Shown here one piece after another: positions 14,925 to 27,988 of a DNA stretch of 64,000 nucleotides. Location of the stretch: contig NW_027361684.1 of NCBI RefSeq assembly GCF_039654945.1, forward strand, positions 75,206,001-75,270,000. Reading direction: 5' to 3'. Position numbers and translations under genes: made by a program. Below the pieces are notes generated by a model that saw nothing but the letters and a program-made list of their open reading frames with translations, was not told the origin of the DNA and did not search any database. Each line of letters opens with the position of its first letter. Position 1 is the stretch's first letter. Origin of the DNA: Dendrobates tinctorius. Taxonomy: Eukaryota.

Positions 14925-17900
14925 ATGGGAGGAAAAACAGCAGACAAGAACATGCAGCAGAAGGACAAACTAATCAAGGATACTAGATGTGGTAAAGAGG
15001 ACCCAAGACAGGGTACTCAGAAGGAAGCTAAGAAAAAGGAAGCAAAACTTCTTTCCTGCATGCTGACCAACGCAAGAAGCCTGACCAATAAGATTGAAGA
15101 TCTGGAGTTGGTAATGTATGAGGTAAAATACGACATAGTAGGAATAACTGAGACATGGTTAGACGACAGCTATGACTGGGCGGCTAACTTGCAAGGATAT
15201 GATTTGTTTAGGAGGGATCGTAAAAAAAGGAAAGGGGGTGGAGTCTGTCTAGATATAAAGTCCACTTTAAAGCCCACACTAAGAGAAAATATACAAGAGG
15301 GAAATGAAGAGGTGGAGTCTCTATGGGTGGAGATACAAGGAGGGAAAAGTAATAAAATCCTCATAGGGGTATGTTATAAGCCACCAAATATAACAGAAAC
15401 CACTGAAAATGTATTATTGAAGCAAATAGACAAAGCAGCAACTCACAATGAGGTGATTATTATGGGGGACTTCAACTACCCCGACATAGACTGGGAAACT
15501 GAAACCTGTGTATCTCAGAAAGGAAACCAATTTCTGTCAGTGACCAAGGATAATTATCTGTCACAACTTGTGCAGGGCTCAACTAGAGGGACAGCCCTTC
15601 TGGACTTAATTTTAAGCAACAGGCCAGATAGAATAACAGAAGTACGAGTCGATGGGCACCTAGGGAACAGTGACCACAATATGCGAGGGGCGCCTGAAAA
15701 CTTCGAGGCCCACCCATGAAATCTTTTTTGCATGGTCTGGTTTTGCAATGCAATATGTTATTTAGTTAGTTGAATGGTCTCATGAGCAATCTGGATATAT
15801 TTTGATTTTTTTTGTTTCCGTTACAGCATTTTAAAGTTGGGTCGCAAGGCTGAAATATAGAAATGGAGAAGTTGGCAAAGCTCACACATCGGCTGTTGCA
15901 ATGGCTGCAATTCCACCTTCCACCAAGGTGCTTTTTCATCTGTGGGAATAGGTGATAGTCCGAGAGAGCCAAATCAGGGGAATAGGGTGGGTGCTGAAGC
16001 AGTTGGAAATCACAGGAGTGAATTGCCGCAGCCGATGTGTGAACTTTGCCAACTTCTCCATTTCCATATTTCAGCCTTGCGACCCAACTTTAAAATGCTG
16101 TAACGGAAACAAAAAAAATCAAAATAAAACCAGATTGCTCATGAGACCATTTAACTAACTAAATAACATGTTGCATTGCAAAACAAGACCATGCAAAAAA
16201 GATTTCATGGGTGGGCCTCGAAGTTTTCAGGTGCCCTTCGTAATACAATTCCACTTGTCCTTCAGTAAGGTGCCCTGGAAGGGGGTTACAAAAACGCTGA
16301 ATTTCAAGAAAGAAAAGTTTGATCAGCTTAGAGAGGACCTTCGCCGAATTGATTGGGACAATGTCCTCAAAAATAGGAGCACAGAAAATAAATGGGAAAT
16401 ATTTAAATCAGTTTTACACACCCACTGCGAGCTAGCCATACCTTACAGAAATAAAAGGGCTAGGAACAGAAGAACACCAATGTGGCTAAATAAGGATGTA
16501 AAAAGGGCAATAAATGACAAGAACAAGGCATTTAAGAAGCTAAAACAAGAAGGCAATGAAGAAGCATTAAAAAGTTATAGAGAAAAAACTAAAATGTGTA
16601 AAAAACAAATACATTTAGCAAAAGTGGAAACTGAGAGACTCATTGCTAAGGAAAGTAAAACAAACCCCAAACTATTCTTTAATTATATAAACAGTAAAAT
16701 GATTAAAATTGATGGTGTCGGCCCTTTAAAGAACAATGAGGGTGAAATCATAGAGAGCGATGTGGGAAAAGCAAATGTTTTAAATACTTTTTTCTCAACA
16801 GTCTTCACACAGGAAAAGGATTTTCTAGGGGAAATGCAGAGTGATAATGTAAACTCCCCATTAAGTATTACCTGCCTAACCCAGGAAAAAGTGCAGAACA
16901 GCCTTAGTAAGATTAAAATTGACAAATCACCAGGCCCTGATGGCATTCACCCTCGGGTATTAAGGGAGTTAAGTAATGTGATAGACAGGCCTCTATTCCT
17001 TATATTTAAAGACTCTATAGAAACAGGGACTGTTCCTTTTGATTGGCGGCAAGCAAATGTGGTACCAATATTCAAAAAGGGGTGTAAAAGGGAACCTGGA
17101 AACTATAGGCCGGTAAGCTTAACATCTGTTGTGGGTAAAATTTTTGAAGGGTTTCTAAGGGATACCATTATGGAATATCTCAATGTTAATAAATGTTTAA
17201 CTCCATATCAACATGGATTTATGAAGGATCGTTCCTGTCAAACTAACCTGATCAGCTTCTATGAGGATGTAAGCTCTCAAATGGACCAAGGAGAATCATT
17301 GGATGTCATTTATCTCAACTTCTCTAAAGCATTTGATACTGTCCCACATAAAAGATTGGTAAGTAAGATGAGAAAGCTTGGGTTAGGGGAAAATGTGTGT
17401 AGATGGGTAGGTAGCTGGCTTAGTGATAGAAAACAAAGAGTGGTTATTAATTGGGCATACTCAGATTGGGCCAGGGTTACTAGTGGGGTACCACAGGGTT
17501 CTGTATTGGGCCCCCTACTATTTAATATATTTATTAATGATCTAGTGGATGGCTTACACAGTAAAATATCTGTATTTGCAGATGATAAAAAACTATGTAA
17601 GGTAGTTAACACAAAGGAGGACAGTTTGCAAATACAGACAGATTTGAGTAAATTGGAGAATTGGGCTGAAAAATGGCAAATGAGGTTTAACACAGATAAG
17701 TGTAAGGTTATGCACCTGGGAAGGAGAAACAGATGCTGCAATTACTTACTAAATGGGAAACTGCTGGGGAAATCAGACATGGAAAAAGACTTAGGCATCT
17801 TAGTCAATAAGAAATTGGAGTGCCCAGTGTCAGGCAGCTGCCACCAAAGCAAATAGGGTCATGGGATGCATTAGAAGAGGTGTGAGGACACGAGATGAAA

Positions 17901-18388
17901 ACATAATTCTCCCTCTGTACAAATCACTCGTCAGACCACACTTGGAGTATTGTGTGCAATTTTGGACATCGGTGCTCAAGAAAGACATTACTGAACTTGA
18001 AAGGGTTCAAAGGCGGGTTACTAAAATGATAAATGGAGTTGGTTCACTACAATACCCAGAAAGGTTATCAAAATTAGGTCTATTTTCTCTAGAAAAGAGA
18101 AGACTTAGGGGAGACCTAATATATATGTACAAGTATATCAGAGGGCAATACAGAGATCTCTCCAATGAACTGTTTGCACCAAGGACTGTGACAAGAATAA
18201 GACGGCATTCTCTTCGTTTGGAGGAAAGACAATTTCTGCACCAGCATAGAAGAGGGTTCTTCACGGTAAGAGCAGTGAGGCTCTGGAATTCTCTTCCTGA
18301 GGAAGTGGTGATGGCCAACTCACTGAATGAATTTAAGAAAGGAATGGATGCTTTTCTTGTGAGTAACAGTATAGAAGGTTACAAATAA
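14925..18388 (+). pseudogene. CR1 ORF2 (APE endonuclease-reverse transcriptase), disrupted
   Basis: Removing the 15684-16240 insert restores GNSDHN-I-IQFHLSF; frameshift near 17815 before KANRVMGCIRR. Confidence 0.9.
15684..16240 (-). mobile_element. Mariner-derived foldback MITE
   Basis: CGA(G/A)GG termini at a TA site; ~215-bp inverted arms; centre reads FQLLQHPPYSPDLALSDYHLFPQMKKHLGG on the minus strand. Confidence 0.9.
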
Positions 18389-18659
18389 CATAATATTATA
18401 GGTAGATGGTTGACCCAGCTTAGGGGAAGGAATTTTTTTCCCTATGGAGAAAATTGGCTTCTACTCTGTGAGTTTTTTGCCTTCCCCAGGATCAACAATG
18501 CAGAACAGCTGCACTAACAAAAGGCTGAGCTAGATGGACATAAGGTCTTCCTTCAGCCTTCAAAACTATGTTACTTTGTTACTATTATTAATAAGCATTT
18601 TTTTAAATGGATATATTTATGGGAAATTTCATAGATTGTAAGGTTACGTGTAGGTCTCT

Positions 18660-18790
18660 CATTCATCTTGGTATCTGAATTATGTGTTTTTCTGTTATGT
18701 CTTTATTGCCTGTACAAGTCCCCTCTGATATGTAAAGTGCTGCAGAATATTTTGGCTCTATAGAAACAAAAAATATTATTTTTATTATTT
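18660..18790 (+). mobile_element. L2 3'-end remnant
   Basis: TGTAAAGTGCTGCAGAATATTTTGGCTCTATAGAAA plus (ATT)n tail, resembling the 3' end of the adjacent L2. Confidence 0.6.
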
Positions 18791-19181
18791 CCTACACTGC
18801 TATGTTATTCTTGCACAAAAATGTTATGGTATTCTTATTTTTACAATAAGGATGGGTTATGTTTCTATCATCTATGAGAAACAATGATGTTTTTTCAACC
18901 GCTGTGTACAATTGCCTATGTATGATTGTTTGCTCTGGAAAGTTCAATATACAATAAACAGGCAAAGTTCAATTTTTTTTCTTGCAGGTAGCAAGGTAAC
19001 ATAAAAAAGGTCATTTTCATCTCTTACTCTATACTCAGAGACAGATATGCCAAAGTCCATTAAAATCAAAGAGGTTTGCAAAGAATCAACATGTCTGAGT
19101 GTGCAGGACAGCAAACAGAAGTGGATATTATACAAATGTGAACAGCACAGCTGCCATTTGGACATACAGGCTAATACTATT

Positions 19182-22100
19182 TAATAATAATAATAATAAT
19201 AATAATCTTTATTTATATAGCGCCAACATATTCCGCAGCGCTTTACAGTTGAACAGTTTCAAACACAACAGTCATAAGTAACAACGTTAACAATACAATA
19301 ATTAAAGCGAAATAAGACGACCCTGCTCGTGGAGCTTACAATCTACAATGAGGTGGGGGGGATACAAAGCACAGGTTTGTATTTACAATGATGTATTTAC
19401 AATGACGGTCCAGCCATCTTCAGGGGGTGGGGGTTAGATGGAGATAGTGAATGGGCTACACACACACAAACATGACTTTGATTACTGAATGTGATAGGCC
19501 GCTCTGAACAAATGTGTTTTGAGCGAGCGCCTAAAACTATGCAAATTGTGGATGGTCCTAATATTTTGGGGTAGAGCATTCCAGAGGATTGGCGCAGCAC
19601 GGGAGAAGTCTTTGAGTCAGGAGTGGGAGGTACGGATTAGGGCAGAGGTTAGTCGAAAGTCATTTGCAGAGCGCAGCGGTCGGTTAGGCCGATAGACAGA
19701 AATGAGGGAGGAGATGTAAGGGGGTGCCGCACTGTGGAGAGCTTTGTGGGTGAGAACAAGTACTTTGAATTGTACCCTGTAATGAATTGGCAGCCAGTGT
19801 AACGACTGGCGAAGAGCGGACGCGTCTGAGAAACGATTAGCCAGATGGACAACCCTGGCTGCTGCATTAAGGATAGACTGGAGAGGGGAGAGTCGAGTGA
19901 GAGGGAGGCCAATTAATAGAGCATTACAGTAGTCTAGGCGGGAGTGGATCAGGGCGACAGTGAGAGTTTTTGTTGTTTCCATGGTGAGAAAAGGGCGGAT
20001 TCTAGAGATGTTCTTTAGGTGTAAGCGGCATGAGCGGGCAAGAGATTGTATATGGGAGGTGAAGGAGAGATCGGAGTCGAACATAACACCCAGACAGCGC
20101 ACCTGCTGTCGGGGTGTTATTATGGTGCCACCCACAGAGAGGGAAATGTCAGATTTAGGGAGGTTAGTAGATGGTGGGAGCAGAAGAAGTTCAGTTTTGG
20201 AGAGGTTGAGTTTCAGATAGAGAGCAGACATGATGTTGGAGACTGCAGACAGACAGTCAGTGGCGTTCTGTAGTACAGCGGAGGTAAGGTCAGGGGATGA
20301 TGTGTACAGTTGTGTGTCATCAGCATAAAGATGGTACTGAAAGCCAAATCTGCTGATGGTCTGTCCAATTGGGGCTGTGTAGAGAGAGAAGAGAAGGGGG
20401 CCAAGGACTGAGCCCTGAGGTACCCCAACAGTGAGAGGAAGAGGAGATGAAGTGGAGCCAGAAAACAGAACACTGAAGGAGCGGTCGGAAAGATAGGAGG
20501 AGAACCAGGAAAGAGCAGTGTCCTTAATGCCTAGTGACTGGAGCCTAGAGAGTAGGAGAGGATGGTCAACAGTGTCGAAAGCTGCAGAAAGGTCGAGAAG
20601 AATGAGCAGAGAATGGTCACCATTACATTTTGCTGTCAGAAGGTCATTGGTCACTTTGAGTGCAGTTTCTGTCGAATGTAGGGGGCGGAAACCGGACTGT
20701 GAAGGGTCTAGGAGGGAGTGAGTGGAGAGGTAACGGGTAAGGCGTGAGTATATCAGGCGCTCCAAGAGTTTAGAGATGAAGGGGAGATTGGAGACTGGTC
20801 TGTAGTTGTTTGTGCAGGATGGGTCAAGGGTGGGTTTCTTTAGTAATGGAGTAATGATAGAGTGTTTGAAGGAGGAGGGGAAAATGCCAGAGGAGAGGGA
20901 GAGATTAAAGATTGTAGTTAGGTGAGTTGTGACGACTGGGGAGAGAGACTGGAGGAGATGTGAGGGAATGGGGTCGGTTGTGCATGTAGTTGGACGAGAA
21001 GAGGAGAGGAGCCTGGAGACTTCTTCTTCTGTGATGGGAGCAAATGTGGAGAGTGAGCCAGGGGAAATGCAGGGAGGGATGGGAGTCACTGAACTTGGTG
21101 ATTGGGAGCGGATTTCCTGACGGATATTGTCTATTTTCTCTATAAAGTGGGAGGCCAGGTCATCAGCGCAAATGTCTGTGATAGGGGCTTGTGCTTTTGG
21201 CCTGAGGAGGGAGTGAAAGGTGTCAAAAAGTTTCTTGGGGTTGTTGGATAGTGAGGAGATCAGGGTGGTGAAGTAGGTCTGTTTGGCGAGGTGAAGGGCA
21301 GAGTTATATGTCCTTAACATAAATTTGAAGTGTATGAAGTCTTCTGGTGTGTGTGTTTTCCTCCATAAGCGTTCAGCACACCTAGAGCATCGCTGGAGAA
21401 ATCGGGTTTGCGATGTGAGCCAGGGCTGTTTCACTCTGTGTTTGGAGGTTCTGAGGGTGAGGGGAGCTACTTGGTCAAGGGTGCTTCTAAGAGTGTCATT
21501 GAAGTGATGTACAGCCAGATCAGGACAGGACAAAGAAGAGATTGGGGACAATGATGAGTGTAGGGAGTCTGAAAGTGTATGAGGGTTAATGGCTTGTAGA
21601 TTTCTGACTGAATGGTAGGTAGGAGGGTGCTGGGGTGAGCGAGGATTTGTGAGTGTAAAGGAGAGAATGTTGTGGTCAGAGAGGGGAAGCGGTGAGTTAT
21701 CTAGGTAGGAGATTGAGCAGAGCCGGGCGAAAACCAGGTCCAGGGTGTTACCGTCTTTGTGTGTTTCAGAGGTTGAGAGCTGAGAGAAGCCTAGAGAAGT
21801 GGTTAGTGATAGAAGCTGGGATGCAGATGTGGAAGTGGGGCTGTTAATGGGGATGTTGAAGTCTCCCAGGATAAGGGTTGGTAGTTCTGAGGACATGAAG
21901 TGCGGCAGCCAGGCAGAGAAATGGTCCAGGAAGTGGGTGGGTGAGCCTGGGGGCCGGTATATGACCGCTACTCTGAGGGAGAGGGGACGAAAGAGCCTGA
22001 TGGTGTGGACTTCAAAAGAAGGGAATGAGAGTGATGGAACTGAGGGGATGACCTGGAAAGTGCATTGTGGGGACAGGAGTATGCCGACTCCACCACCAGG

Positions 22101-22783
22101 TCTATTTGTCGGTCTCGGGGAATGGGAGAATTGTAAGCCACCATGGGAAATGGCAGCAGGAGAGACAGTGTCAGAATCCTGAATCCAGGTTTCCGTGAGG
22201 GCCAACAAATTCAGAGAGTTTTTCAGAAAGTAATTGTGTAGGAAAGGAAGCTTGTTGCATACAGACCGTGGATTCCAAAGGGCACAATTGAAAGAAGGAG
22301 ATGAAGGAGTGCAAGTGATATTAGTAAGATTATTAAGGTTTCGATGTGAGGTAGGGTAGGGGTTGAGGTTGGGGGATGGTGGACCGGGGTTGGGGGAGAT
22401 GTCCCCTGAAATCAGTAGGAGCAGGAAGATAAAGAGCAAGTAGTTTTTGGAATTGTATGAAGATTTTATGTGCAGTGTGTTTGGGCAAGATGGGCTGAGG
22501 CTTTTTAAGAAGGTGAGAAGTGCATGGGAGCTGTACATGGGAGAAGCAAAGAGAGAGGAGCTGATGTATATGAGTCGTGATGGAGGGGGGATTGGTCGGT
22601 GAAAGTGGATTGCAAGAGAACATAGGAGGATAGGAATAAAGCACATGGTTAAAAGGGACAGCAGAGTGTGGGTTACCTGACTCCTGTCCTGACTAACTGC
22701 CATGTAATAACTGCTGTATCCCGACGCTTATCTTCGTGACGCTTTGCTTCTGTGATGCGTGCACCCCCACATGCGTGCACCCC
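19182..22783 (-). mobile_element. Near full-length L2 LINE
   Basis: Long APE-RT ORF; 3' end TGTAAAGCGCTGCGGAATATGTTGGCGCTATATAAATAAA plus (ATT)n tail at 19182-19206. Confidence 0.96.
19617..22703 (-). CDS. L2 ORF: leader + 2A-like motif + APE endonuclease + RT (1028 aa; premature stop, natural end 19482)
   Basis: GDISPNPGP at aa 100-108; WNPRS, LTETW, GDFN, LSDH; [19 protein letters not shown]; frame continues past the TGA as LKDFSRAAPILWNALP...LKTHLF. Confidence 0.92.
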   Translation of the reverse strand: MAVSQDRSQVTHTLLSLLTMCFIPILLCSLAIHFHRPIPPPSRLIYISSSLFASPMYSSHALLTFLKSLSPSCPNTLHIKSSYNSKNYLLFIFLLLLISGDISPNPGPPSPNLNPYPTSHRNLNNLTNITCTPSSPSFNCALWNPRSVCNKLPFLHNYFLKNSLNLLALTETWIQDSDTVSPAAISHGGLQFSHSPRPTNRPGGGVGILLSPQCTFQVIPSVPSLSFPSFEVHTIRLFRPLSLRVAVIYRPPGSPTHFLDHFSAWLPHFMSSELPTLILGDFNIPINSPTSTSASQLLSLTTSLGFSQLSTSETHKDGNTLDLVFARLCSISYLDNSPLPLSDHNILSFTLTNPRSPQHPPTYHSVRNLQAINPHTLSDSLHSSLSPISSLSCPDLAVHHFNDTLRSTLDQVAPLTLRTSKHRVKQPWLTSQTRFLQRCSRCAERLWRKTHTPEDFIHFKFMLRTYNSALHLAKQTYFTTLISSLSNNPKKLFDTFHSLLRPKAQAPITDICADDLASHFIEKIDNIRQEIRSQSPSSVTPIPPCISPGSLSTFAPITEEEVSRLLSSSRPTTCTTDPIPSHLLQSLSPVVTTHLTTIFNLSLSSGIFPSSFKHSIITPLLKKPTLDPSCTNNYRPVSNLPFISKLLERLIYSRLTRYLSTHSLLDPSQSGFRPLHSTETALKVTNDLLTAKCNGDHSLLILLDLSAAFDTVDHPLLLSRLQSLGIKDTALSWFSSYLSDRSFSVLFSGSTSSPLPLTVGVPQGSVLGPLLFSLYTAPIGQTISRFGFQYHLYADDTQLYTSSPDLTSAVLQNATDCLSAVSNIMSALYLKLNLSKTELLLLPPSTNLPKSDISLSVGGTIITPRQQVRCLGVMFDSDLSFTSHIQSLARSCRLHLKNISRIRPFLTMETTKTLTVALIHSRLDYCNALLIGLPLTRLSPLQSILNAAARVVHLANRFSDASALRQSLHWLPIHYRVQFKVLVLTHKALHSAAPPYISSLISVYRPNRPLRSANDFRLTSALIRTSHS

Positions 22784-23666
22784 TATGGATGGTTCTAAAT
22801 TTATAGTCCAGACTGCAGGGTCTGAAGAGATGGATTGTGGGAACTGGTTGAGGATAATTTGGCAGCTGGGGTCAGCACACCAGGGTTTTTTTTTTTTTTT
22901 TTGACTAAAATTTGACTAAAATTAGACCCATAAGGAAATAGTTTTCCATAGTTTAATTTACTGTTCATACAATAGATCCAGGTTTACATGGTGATTTGCA
23001 TTTGAATGTCCTATTTTCTTTGTTTTTGTGAATTAAAATTATTCATTCAGGTCTATGGAATCCGCTAAAAATAGACGAAAAACAGAACACAAGCTTTTCC
23101 ATCTATATCTTTGTGTTCTACTGATTGATGGCACTGAAAAAATTTCAGGCAGTTCGTCTCCTTCAGTTTTTGAAAAAGAAATAACTACAGCGTGAATGGG
23201 AGAAAATGATATGAGTACCAGAGATGATGCAAATCAATTTGCTGGGAAATCTGCAGTGAATTCCAGTACCAGCAGAATGAAAAAGATTATAAATAGCTTA
23301 AGTTTTTTTTTTTTAAATAAATTGTGCTTCGAATTTTTAAATTTTAGAAAGTGACGGCTCTTTTTGTGCTTTTAGTAAGTGTTTACTATACTTTTTTTGT
23401 TACAGCACCGACAGGCAGTCCAAGACAATGCGTTCTTTAGGCAAACGCAAAGCCACGTCCTCATGTAGGAGATTATACTAGTAAGTACTTTATATTGTTT
23501 ATAAGCGGCATTACCATATGGTTTTCAAATATTTTTATTGATTTACATTATAATAAGAAAGGTAAGGTGAGAATGGGGAAAAATATGAGAAAAAATGTGA
23601 AATAAGGGGGTGTGGGGGGAATATGCATATCGTGTAAAGTCTGCCAACTTTTTTTATGCTATCTAA

Positions 23667-24102
23667 GGCTAGTTTCACACTAGCGCTTTGGAGCGCAGCG
23701 ACGGCCTGCGCACGGCCGCCGCTAAGCCCCGCCCCCTGCCGCACCTCCGCCGGTAGCTCCGCCTACCGGCGCAAGATGCTGCATGCATCCTGCGTCCCCT
23801 ATCTTTATCACTGGGGCGCAGGCCGTGCGCAGTATGCGTTTGGCGGCGCATGCGTCCTTTTGACGGTGCGCCGACCCGCGCCAAACGCAACCTGCTGCAG
23901 TTTGGTTGCGCTCGGCGCACCATCAAAAAGGCGCATACTGTTCACGGCCTGCGCCCCAGTGATAAAGATAGGGGACGCAGGATGCATGCAGCGTAATGCG
24001 CCGGTAGGCGGAGCTACCGGCGGAGGCGCGGCAGGGGCGGGGGTTAGCAGCGGCCGTGCGCAGGCCGTCGCTGCGCTCCAAAACGCTAGTGTGAAACTAG
24101 CC
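23667..24102. mobile_element. Palindromic GC-rich Harbinger MITE
   Basis: TIR GGCTAGTTTCACACTAGCG; near-perfect self-complementarity; left flank TAA. Confidence 0.9.
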
Positions 24103-24609
24103 ATATTATGTTTCCCACAATTTTAATTAAAATATTTTTTTTAGCAATGATGATAACGAATGCAAAAATCTTACGCGATCACCACAATATCCTAAAAACA
24201 CAACAGGAAAACGTAACCACGCTGCAACATGAACAAATAGAATTATTTATGAGTACATTTTATTATTATTCTGTCATTCCCAGTAATCAGAAAAACAATG
24301 TGCGACATATTGAAGAGTTGTCTCCAGTGCTGATCGAGTATTGAAATGCTCGAGAGCTTGGTATTTGAATTGAACACATCGGTCACTCAGAGTTGCGAGC
24401 ATAATGGAAGTCAATGACAAAGTCGAGCATTTCCAGTATTTAGATATTCATGAATTTATTTGCAGAGAATCAAATTGTTCAGAAAAATTTGGCAAAGCCA
24501 GTGAATATGTTTTTCAAAATATACGCCAAATATATGCCAAAATTTGAAATTTACATCTGCTTACAATGACAGTTGAAGTTTACAAAAATATATCCGAAAA
24601 CACCCTAAA

Positions 24610-24960
24610 GTCTTAGGGGAGATCTTATCAATCTTATTATAATGTGCCAATATATGAACGGACTGTAAAGAGATATTTCTAATTAATTTACACATAGCCC
24701 TGTAACAATACCAAGTGGTCATTCTCTATGTTTGGAAGCAAGAAAGTTTAATCATCACAGGCAGCAATTCTTTATGGTTAGAGCAGTGAAACTCTGAAAT
24801 ATTTTGCCTCAGCATGTTGGAATGGTTGATTCTTTAAAAAAAGGTTCAAATTTGGCCTGGATGCTCTAGTTGAAAGAAATATAACAGGTCAAGTATTCTG
24901 GAGATAGAATGTTAATCTAGAGAACAAATCTGATTGCCGTATCTAGAGGGGGGAAAGTTT
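24610..24960 (+). mobile_element. Old CR1 3' fragment
   Basis: Degenerate match to 18110-18430 (GGGAGATCTTAT, AGAGCAGTGAAACTCTG). Confidence 0.65.
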
Positions 24961-25360
24961 GTGCTACCTTATAATGATCCCAAAGGGCCTGTTAGATGAA
25001 TTACCACATTATAAGCAAGCAACTTAACCCCAACACATCATGCTAGGTTTGTAAACCATATGTCATGCAATTTTAGCACAAAATCAGTATGGAATGGCAG
25101 AGTACAATGTAATTGACAAGTAATGGCTAATCATTAAGAAATGAGTAAAACCAAAACATGGAGAACTAAAGGCACTATAAAAGTAAAAATAATAAAATAC
25201 TAAAGTAGGAAAACAAAAGTAATAAGTAGTGGGTCTATTATTATTATTATTATTTTGACAGATTTCCAAGTGTGGTTTTGAAGAATAAGTTTCGTAACAT
25301 TAGTTAACAGTCTTGTATCTTTTCACCTAATTAAGGTTAGGTATGCATTAAGTTTGTGGC

Positions 25361-25695
25361 TAGAAATGAGCGAACCCAAACTGTAAAGTTCCTGGTTCAT
25401 ACCGGACACCTAGTGTCCAGTGCTGAACTCCAAACCTTGACATTGGAAAACTGTTTTACAGTTCGGGAGAAGAAAGAAAAAGAGGGAGGGGACAAAGGGG
25501 GAGGGGGAGAAGGAAAAAAGGGAGATATTTTTCAGCTCTAAAATTTGGGTTCCAATTGATTTCAAGAGTGCAAGTTGGAGTTTAAGTTCAAGTTGGAGTT
25601 CAAGTTCGGGTACAGTTCTGGTACCCAAATCAAATTTTGGACTAAAGTTTGGTCGGGTACCAGAACCCGAACTTCCACAGGTCCACTCATACCTA
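25361..25695. mobile_element. hAT-type MITE (TAG...CTA)
   Basis: TAGAAATGAGCGAACC / GGTCCACTCATACCTA; 8-bp TSD TTTGTGGC / TTTTTGGC. Confidence 0.7.
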
Positions 25696-25739
25696 TTTTT
25701 GGCCATTGTCACATGCATCCATTCAGGAGATAGGCGCCC

Positions 25740-26028
25740 GATGTAGACACCTTTGATGCTATTTAGTGGACACACCTTGATTTAACATGTTCCTTTTGTC
25801 ACATTATATTCATGGGTGCCATCTTTTCTGTCCAGGCCTATTTTATGAGTTTTATTTTTTTTTAAATTCTGTGGAAGCATGGTTGAAAAGCAATGTTTGA
25901 TTTTCATTTGTTCATTTTCATAGATTTTTGATTTTTTATTACTTTTGTCAGATTCAGTTTATTTCTGTCACCATTGTGTGTTTTTCTGTCATTAAATGAG
26001 GGGTACCAACAATTTTGACCATGTGTGT
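25740..26028 (-). mobile_element. Tc1 left-end fragment (same family as 52360-52896)
   Basis: Highly similar to 52605-52896. Confidence 0.8.
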
Positions 26029-26936
26029 ATACTATGGCATCTGTGTACCACAGATATCCATTGTAAAGAAATATATTCTACATGGTATACATTTATTTCC
26101 AATAACCTTCTGCATGGGAAATTGCAGACTACTGGCTTTTCTATACTGTTAAACAGCAAGGAAGCATATACCTGCCAAACAGAGGCCAAAGATACAAACT
26201 TTTGCGCTATGTCTAGTAAATGGTCACCTATGGCAATGTTACAGTATACATCGGGAAAATCTTCTGACGTGTGCGGTAGACTAATCACATGGATGCAGTA
26301 TGCACTTAGCCTTACTGTTCTTTAAAAAAAAAAGTTATGGGTCTTGTTTTATATTTTTTGCTACTATTGATAAAAAATGTGTCTCAAAATATATCAGTTT
26401 TCATTCTAGGCGCTGTTACATGAACTGACATTTTTCTTTGTATGAGTCTCATTTTCCATCTTTCCATCTACATAGGCTGGTACAGGATGAAAAAAGTCAT
26501 CTCATTATCATTAGACAGTGGGGGATTAAATTACAGATAACATAGCATAACAACTTTATGGACGACTGAGAGTCATTCGGACTCGAAACGAGTCACATTT
26601 TTTTCTATAAACATGCTATTATCTTAATGATGTCACAATATTTTTTTTTTTACTGTGAATTCGATTTGCTGGATTGAAAAACCTTTATGATTACTTTGTA
26701 CAAATAACATTCTGAGTTCTGAATCCTTAGGCTGTGTGAATATGGTGCATTTTCGCTGTGGTTTTTCTATGCGGAATGGAACCAAAAATGCTAGGGAATC
26801 CTTACGCCAACTAATTCAATGAGAATTCTGAAGTGCTGTGTTCATGATCAGTAATTTTCCTTTGAGTATTTGCAGTGCGTTTTAGACCAGTTTCACATGT
26901 CCAGATAATTCCGGTACCGGAAAAACTTGTACCGGA

Positions 26937-27988
26937 TGTTAGGGCTGGCGGATCGCACCAAATAATAAAATATGGTAATGAGGTGCATTTGCAGCCCGGA
27001 GACCACCGTGCAGAGATGGTAGACTGCTGCTCAGTAATGGCGGACAGAAACTGGCGGTATAGCAAACACACACGGGTTAGCTTCACCCGGCGAATAGGAA
27101 GCGGACCCTGTTGCTTCACAGGGCCTCGATACCGCAGAGTGAATGCTAGTGTTTTGGTCACAGGACCCTGCCCCAAGGACACGGGGATAGAGTCCCTCTA
27201 GACCCACTAGTGTTCGGACGCCAGGGAGAGACCCTTACTGAATGCTTTGCCCTGTTAACAGTCACATGGTGCAGCTAATAGATGAATACCGCATGAAGTA
27301 CGTACAGTGCAGCTCTGGCGGACACCACTAACCAGCCTAAGCTTTGGTCTGGAAAGTGCATTAATGGTGCACGGTGCCACTATGACTGATGCTGCTGAAC
27401 GTGCGGTACCATTGTGCCTAATGTAGTGTGGTGCATACTGGTGCCAACATGTGATAGGAGCTGGGAGCACTGCAGCGCTAGGCAGTGCCACTACTCGGCG
27501 CTGACTCAAAGCTCTCAACCCTACTGACATGCGTATCAGAGGGAAGGGGTTTCATAATGAGTCAGTCAGCGGTTCTCAAGCATCCATCATCACACATAAC
27601 ACTACAAATTACAGACTATACTAGTGCACGGCTTTGCGATCCTTTTATGGGCGCAGCCTTCTGTGACCTTCCTGATGGCCCAATCAGAGCTGCTTGAGGA
27701 CCTGAGCGTGTGACCCCCCCAACCTCCAATGAGAGGTCATCGCACGGGTATGCTCAGAAGGCTGCAAAAAGGACTTAGCCTCTGGAGCTGCTCGCTGCTG
27801 CTAGTGCGGATTGCCAAAGCTGACCCAGAGGTGGCAGCAGCAACCAGCCTGACAGCACTAGCCTAAGCAAGACGCTGGGAATGACATCTTTGCTTGTAGG
27901 CTCCTCTGTGGCTGGGACTGAATGGGAGACTGCAGAAGGCAAGGCTCGAGATTCCTCCTGTGCAGGGGCAGGAATCCGACGTCTAACA
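26937..27988. mobile_element. Solo LTR inserted in a Harbinger-type element
   Basis: TGTTAG...CTAACA; TSD CCGGA / CTGGA (CpG decay). Confidence 0.8.

Larger units (their letters stand above)
14900..18584 (+). mobile_element. CR1 LINE with nearly complete ORF2
   Basis: APE (TNARSL, GITETW, GDFN, GNSDH) plus RT (KSPGPDG, NYRPVSL, GVPQGS, FADD); (ACTATGTT)-type tail. Confidence 0.96.

Noticed and set aside
23535-24126. Ala/Arg-rich ORFs
   Set aside because: Artefact of a GC-rich palindromic MITE; the same applies to 41814-42263
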